From: an uncultured Pelagibacteraceae bacterium
GTDB lineage: Bacteria > Pseudomonadota > Alphaproteobacteria > Pelagibacterales > Pelagibacteraceae
DNA length: 64,000 bases
Direction: 5' to 3'
NCBI GenBank assembly: GCA_902625945.1
Contig: CACODG010000003.1
Location: forward strand, 2,466-66,465
The notes under the pieces were generated by a model. The model was not told the DNA's origin, did not search any database, and saw only the letters and a program-made list of their open reading frames with translations. Shown piece by piece: positions 59,496 to 64,000 of this stretch (positions within the stretch are counted from its first letter, which is position 1; every line of letters begins with the position of its first letter). Position numbers and translations under genes: made by a program.

Positions 59496-60387
59496 AATTT
59501 TGTCTACTTAAAATTGCAGCTCCACGCACGCCACTAGAATCTCCATATTTGGGTTTAAGAAAGACAGTTTTTAAGTTTGGCTCATTAATATATGCTGAAG
59601 TTTTATATTTAATTTCATCAAGAAAATCTATTTCATTTGAAATACCTCCACCGAAAACTATTGCATCTGGATCAATTGTTGTAATAATTAAGACCAAGCT
59701 TCTAGAAAGAATTTCCTTATAATTGTCGATGAATAATTGTGCATGCTTATCTTTTTTTCTATAAAGTGAAAATATTTCTTTAGCAGAAATTTTATTATTA
59801 AATTTATCATAAAATCTTTTTTCTATTGATTTTCCTGATAAATATCCTTCAATTCTATTTGAGAAATCTAATGGTTTATTTGATTTTAAATTAACTATAT
59901 TTTCTATTGGCATTTGATTTAAACTCCATTCACCACCTAAACCATTACTTCCGGAAATTATTTTTTTATTGATTACAAGCCCTCCTCCACAACCTGAACC
60001 TAAAATTATCCCAAATACAGTTTCGTAGTGACTTGCAGACCCATCAAAAGCTTCAGATAAACAAAAACAGTTTGCATCATTTTCTATTAAAATATTATTA
60101 TTAATTTTTTTCTTTAAATCTTTAATTAGATTTTTGTGATTTAACCATTGTGAGTTATGAGCATTTTTAATTAATCCAGTGGTTTTATCGACTGCTCCAG
60201 GATGACATATTCCAACGTTAAATTTTTTATTATCTTGATCAAGTTTTTTTACAATATCTGCTAATATTAAAATTGTATTGTCGTAGTTTTCAGGTGTTGA
60301 TAATCTATCTCTTCTTATTTCTTTATTGTTGTTGTCTAGAAGAATATACTCAATTTTAGTTGCACCTAAATCTATTCCTATTTGCAT
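59488..60387 (-). CDS. ROK family sugar kinase (Mak/fructokinase-like)
   Basis: GIDLGATK, ENDANC..LSEA, LGSGCGGG and GDSSGVRGAA motifs. Confidence 0.88.
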   Translation of the reverse strand: MQIGIDLGATKIEYILLDNNNKEIRRDRLSTPENYDNTILILADIVKKLDQDNKKFNVGICHPGAVDKTTGLIKNAHNSQWLNHKNLIKDLKKKINNNILIENDANCFCLSEAFDGSASHYETVFGIILGSGCGGGLVINKKIISGSNGLGGEWSLNQMPIENIVNLKSNKPLDFSNRIEGYLSGKSIEKRFYDKFNNKISAKEIFSLYRKKDKHAQLFIDNYKEILSRSLVLIITTIDPDAIVFGGGISNEIDFLDEIKYKTSAYINEPNLKTVFLKPKYGDSSGVRGAAILSRQNSI

Positions 60388-61181
60388 TAATTAGTCGAAG
60401 ACCTATTCATCTCTTGAAGTTCTACTTCTAATTTATTAAGCTCTTCACCTCCAGCCATCATACTTAAAAGTTTTTCTCTAGTAATATTTTTTTTTGCATA
60501 AGTTCCTAAACTTTTGCCTCTGTTTAAAACAGTAAAACTATTTCCTACAGGATAAGCATGATGAACATTGTGTGTAATTAAAATTACGGCTAAACCTTGC
60601 GAGGCTGCTTTTACTATATATTTTAAAACAACTGATGCTTGATGCACTCCAAGCGCAGAAGTTGGTTCATCTAAAACAAGAACTTTAGCTCCAAAGTATA
60701 TTGCCCTGCTTATAGCTAAACACTGTCTTTCTCCCCCTGACATAGTTCCGACAGCTTGCGAAGGGTCTCTAATATCAATTCCTATCTGCCCCATTCTTTC
60801 TGCCGCTATCTTATTTGCTTTATCTATATCAAACGTTCTAAAAAAAGGAGGTCCTTTCAAAGGCTCCCTGCCCATAAAAAAGTTTCTTGTTACACTCATT
60901 AAAGATACTAAAGCTAAATCTTGATAAACAGTAGCTATACCCATATCTAATGCGTCTTTAGGACTATCAAATATTGTTTTTTTTCCTTCAACAATTATTT
61001 CTCCTTCGTCTGGTTTGTGAACACCAGCTAATGTTTTTATTAAAGTTGATTTACCAGCACCATTATCTCCTAAAAGACACATGATTTCACCTTTTCTTAA
61101 TTTCATAGTGACATCTTTTAAAGCGATAACTTTTCCAAAAAATTTACTAATATTATTAAATTGAACTAAGTAGTCCTGCAT
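60387..61181 (-). CDS. sugar (inositol) ABC transporter ATP-binding protein, single cassette
   Basis: [15 protein letters not shown] and LDEPT motifs. Confidence 0.93.
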   Translation of the reverse strand: MQDYLVQFNNISKFFGKVIALKDVTMKLRKGEIMCLLGDNGAGKSTLIKTLAGVHKPDEGEIIVEGKKTIFDSPKDALDMGIATVYQDLALVSLMSVTRNFFMGREPLKGPPFFRTFDIDKANKIAAERMGQIGIDIRDPSQAVGTMSGGERQCLAISRAIYFGAKVLVLDEPTSALGVHQASVVLKYIVKAASQGLAVILITHNVHHAYPVGNSFTVLNRGKSLGTYAKKNITREKLLSMMAGGEELNKLEVELQEMNRSSTN

Positions 61182-62308
61182 TATTTACTCTCCGTAACCT
61201 TTCTTCTGATATAATTATTAAATATAACTGCTATTAACATCATTGCTCCTAAGAAAACTTTAAACCAATCAGTATCAACATCTGTATAAAAAATTCCCAT
61301 TGATACAGTGCCAAAGATTAAGGCTCCAAATGCTGCTCCGATAGCTGAACCATAACCACCAGTTAATAAACATCCACCTACAACAGCAGCAGCTATTGCC
61401 TCTAGCTCTTTTAATGTTCCTCTCATTGTGTCTGCAGATCCAGCATCAAGAACTTGGATAGTAGCAAAAATAGTTGCAGCTACTGCTGTTCCAATAAATA
61501 AACTTATTTTTACTCTGCCAACTGGTACTCCTACGTTGTTAGCACCGTTTTTGTCTCCACCAGATGCAAAAATCCAATTACCATATCTAGTCTTCATCAA
61601 TATCCAAGTACTAATAATTGTTAAAACAATAAACCATATTACTGAAGGGGGTATACCTGTAGCAAGAGGTGTGCCGTCTGTTCTCAAAGCAATTAAGTTC
61701 ATGGAACCTAACCAAGTAAAAACCCACTTAAATGTATCAGTAGCAAAAATCCAAGCCAAAGGATCATCTTCAATTAAAACTCTCAGACCTGGAACCTGTG
61801 TACGACCTGTTATCAGTCTTGTTATTGCTAAAGTAGCTCCTCTTAAAATAAATAACATTGCTAGGGTTACAATGAATGAGGGCAAGCCAGTTCTCACAAC
61901 TAAAATTCCATTAAAATAACCGACTAGCACAGCCATGGAAAAAGCAAATATTATACTCATCCACAAAGGCCATCCCCAATAGATCGCAGGTATAGCTATA
62001 CATATTCCTGCAAAACCTATCATTGACCCTATTGATAGATCAAATTCACCACCTATCATTAACATTGCAGCAGCAATTGCAATAATTCCTAGGTTAGCAG
62101 AAACATCCAGAAAATTTAAAATTCCATAAGCACTAAACATTCCTGTATCACCAGCAACGATACCAAAAAAAATAAAAACTAGTATTGCTCCTCCAAGAGC
62201 TCCAAGCTCTGGCCTATTTAGTAATAATCTTAATTTTGAAACTTTTTTAAGTCTTTCATCCTGATTGAAATCAGTTTTTGTTTCAATACTTTTAGACTTT
62301 GTAGACAT
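61181..62308 (-). CDS. sugar (inositol) ABC transporter permease
   Basis: [20 protein letters not shown] and [12 protein letters not shown] motifs. Confidence 0.93.
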   Translation of the reverse strand: MSTKSKSIETKTDFNQDERLKKVSKLRLLLNRPELGALGGAILVFIFFGIVAGDTGMFSAYGILNFLDVSANLGIIAIAAAMLMIGGEFDLSIGSMIGFAGICIAIPAIYWGWPLWMSIIFAFSMAVLVGYFNGILVVRTGLPSFIVTLAMLFILRGATLAITRLITGRTQVPGLRVLIEDDPLAWIFATDTFKWVFTWLGSMNLIALRTDGTPLATGIPPSVIWFIVLTIISTWILMKTRYGNWIFASGGDKNGANNVGVPVGRVKISLFIGTAVAATIFATIQVLDAGSADTMRGTLKELEAIAAAVVGGCLLTGGYGSAIGAAFGALIFGTVSMGIFYTDVDTDWFKVFLGAMMLIAVIFNNYIRRKVTESK

Positions 62309-62321
62309 ATAAAAAAAATTT

Positions 62322-62358
62322 AAAAAAAAAGGCCTAGTGAATTATCACTAGGCCTTTT
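62322..62358 (-). terminator. rho-independent terminator-like hairpin between binding-protein and permease genes
   Basis: GGCCTAGTGA-ATTA-TCACTAGGCC perfect 10-bp stem, followed by U9 on the minus strand. Confidence 0.85.
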
Positions 62359-62369
62359 AAATATTTTTC

Positions 62370-63293
62370 TTATCTATAACCTTGTGCAGCCCATTTAATT
62401 ACATCCTTAGCATTGTTAGGAGTAACGAAACCAGGTCCTGTCATTACAACACCAGCTGGCATTGTTCCGTATCTCATATACTGAGAAAAGATAGCTATAG
62501 GTAAATAACCTTGTAGATACTGTTGTTGGTCAATTAAGAACTCAACTTTTCCAGCAGCAGCAGCTTTAAGCATTCCTGGAGACATATCAAATGTACCAAG
62601 TTTAACGCTTCCAACTTTACCAGCAGACTCTAAAGCTTTTAGAGCAGCTTCTCCTGCAAGACCAGCCCCTAAAGTGAGAATAGTGTCATATCCACCACCT
62701 AATTTAGCAGCTACAGCTTTTTGAATTTCAGTTGGGTCATTTGATGTACCTAATATGTCTACAGATCCACCAAAGCCTTTTTTGAAACCAGCACATCTTC
62801 TATCTAAAGCGACGTTACCTACTTCATGGTTAACACATAATGCTTTTTTACCACCAGCAGCTTTCATTTTTTGTCCGCCACCTACGCCAGCTTCAAACTC
62901 TGTTTGACCAACGTGAGCACTAATTCCTAGTTTCATATAGTCATCTGAACCAGAGTTCATAGAAATTACTGGAATACCCGCAGATATTGCAGCTTTAACA
63001 GATTTACCCAAAGCAGCAGCATCTGGTAAAGTTATTACGATACCTTTTGGTTTCTGAGAAACGGCGTTATCTATTAATTTTGCCATTTCTACCATGTCGA
63101 ATGTTGCTGGAGCAGTATATTTGCAAGATACTTTCATATCCTTACAAGCCTTATCAACTCCATTTTTTGCAACAGACCAGAAAGGGTCATTTGCTTGTCC
63201 GTGAGACACAACAATAATATCAACTGCTAAAACAGCTACTGACATCATTGCCCAACTCACAAGAGCAGCAATTGTTAAGTATACTTTTTTCAT
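62370..63293 (-). CDS. sugar (probably inositol) ABC transporter substrate-binding protein
   Basis: Signal peptide; HG.A.DPFW..V-type, HEVGN.AL..R and IDQQQYLQGY motifs; GAGGGA SD before ATG 63293. Confidence 0.9.
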   Translation of the reverse strand: MKKVYLTIAALVSWAMMSVAVLAVDIIVVSHGQANDPFWSVAKNGVDKACKDMKVSCKYTAPATFDMVEMAKLIDNAVSQKPKGIVITLPDAAALGKSVKAAISAGIPVISMNSGSDDYMKLGISAHVGQTEFEAGVGGGQKMKAAGGKKALCVNHEVGNVALDRRCAGFKKGFGGSVDILGTSNDPTEIQKAVAAKLGGGYDTILTLGAGLAGEAALKALESAGKVGSVKLGTFDMSPGMLKAAAAGKVEFLIDQQQYLQGYLPIAIFSQYMRYGTMPAGVVMTGPGFVTPNNAKDVIKWAAQGYR

Positions 63294-63394
63294 GATTATT
63301 TCCCTCATTTGTTTGTTAAATTTGCGCAATTTAAACAAATAATTTATTAAAATTCAAAAGGAAAAAAATCTCATACAACTGTAGGTAGTTCTAA

Positions 63395-64000
63395 TTACTT
63401 AAATTTAACTACTCTTTTCTGAATTAAAGACTTATTTGCAGCATTAGCAATTTTTAATGCTAAATAACCATCTTCGAAAGTTGATCTTGGTTTAATTCTA
63501 TTCTTATGAAGAGTAATAAGTTCGTTTAACTGAAGATTATATGCGTCTTTATATCTTTCAATAAAAAAATTTAAAAAAGGTTTTTGTGAATGCGATTGAT
63601 TTGAATTAAAAATTTCTGTAGCGTTTTTTTTTTGATTTCCAGAGAAAAGCATTCCTTTTTTTCCAAATAATTCTACTCTTTGATCATATCCAAAAGAGCA
63701 GTGTCTAGAATTGGTTATTATACAAATAACACCTTTTTTGGATTTCATAGTTACTGTTGCTAACTCATAATCTTTAATTTTTCTATAAAACGGCTCAAAG
63801 GAACTAGCTGATGAACTAATTTCAGAAATTTCATCATTTTTTAAGTAATACCTGCATAAATCAAAATCATGAATCATCATATCCCTAAAAATACCACCAG
63901 AAGATTTTAGATAAGATTTTGAGGGAGGAGCGGGATCTCTACTTGTAATTATTATTTTTTCTAATCTACCAATCTTGTTTTTATCTAAATCTATCTTTAA
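63395..64000 (-). CDS. iolG: inositol 2-dehydrogenase, 5' end outside window
   Basis: Open frame to the window edge: ITSRDPAPP..SY..SSGGIFRDMMIHDFD, NSR...GYDQRVE and FFIERY motifs. Confidence 0.88.
   Translation of the reverse strand, partial: LKIDLDKNKIGRLEKIIITSRDPAPPSKSYLKSSGGIFRDMMIHDFDLCRYYLKNDEISEISSSASSFEPFYRKIKDYELATVTMKSKKGVICIITNSRHCSFGYDQRVELFGKKGMLFSGNQKKNATEIFNSNQSHSQKPFLNFFIERYKDAYNLQLNELITLHKNRIKPRSTFEDGYLALKIANAANKSLIQKRVVKFK

Overview
AT-rich (roughly 28-30% GC by eye), extremely compact alphaproteobacterial chromosome segment. Gene content, order and tiny spacers indicate Pelagibacterales (SAR11); this is inference. Positions 1-44.9 kb are core housekeeping genes, mostly on + (valS, ilvD, argS, nagZ, scpAB, tatABC, serS, yajC-secDF, uvrA, ssb, gyrA, coaD, tgt, recG, mltB, dacA, tmk, holB, metG, nhaA), plus five tRNAs. 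Beyond about 46.7 kb lie a surface-glycan cluster and a myo-inositol catabolism/ABC uptake cluster, mostly on -. The best lead is at the switch point. A lone Cre-like tyrosine recombinase (45814-46728) is immediately preceded by a perfect 11-7-11 inverted repeat, ATTTCCGATAA-TTAATGG-TTATCGGAAAT, that resembles dif. Gene orientation flips there, and three exact KOPS octamers (GGGNAGGG) all point toward it. Together this suggests a single-recombinase, non-XerCD chromosome-dimer resolution system at the replication terminus. Secondary leads: a Tgt lacking 3 of 4 Zn ligands, an Fe-S-free RfbH/ColD-like dehydratase, an apparently catalytically dead RlpA, a mini FtsN-slot protein, a degenerate NeuB/SDR pair, and an unexplained 411-bp non-coding stretch with a perfect DnaA box. 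All calls were made by eye, without database searches.
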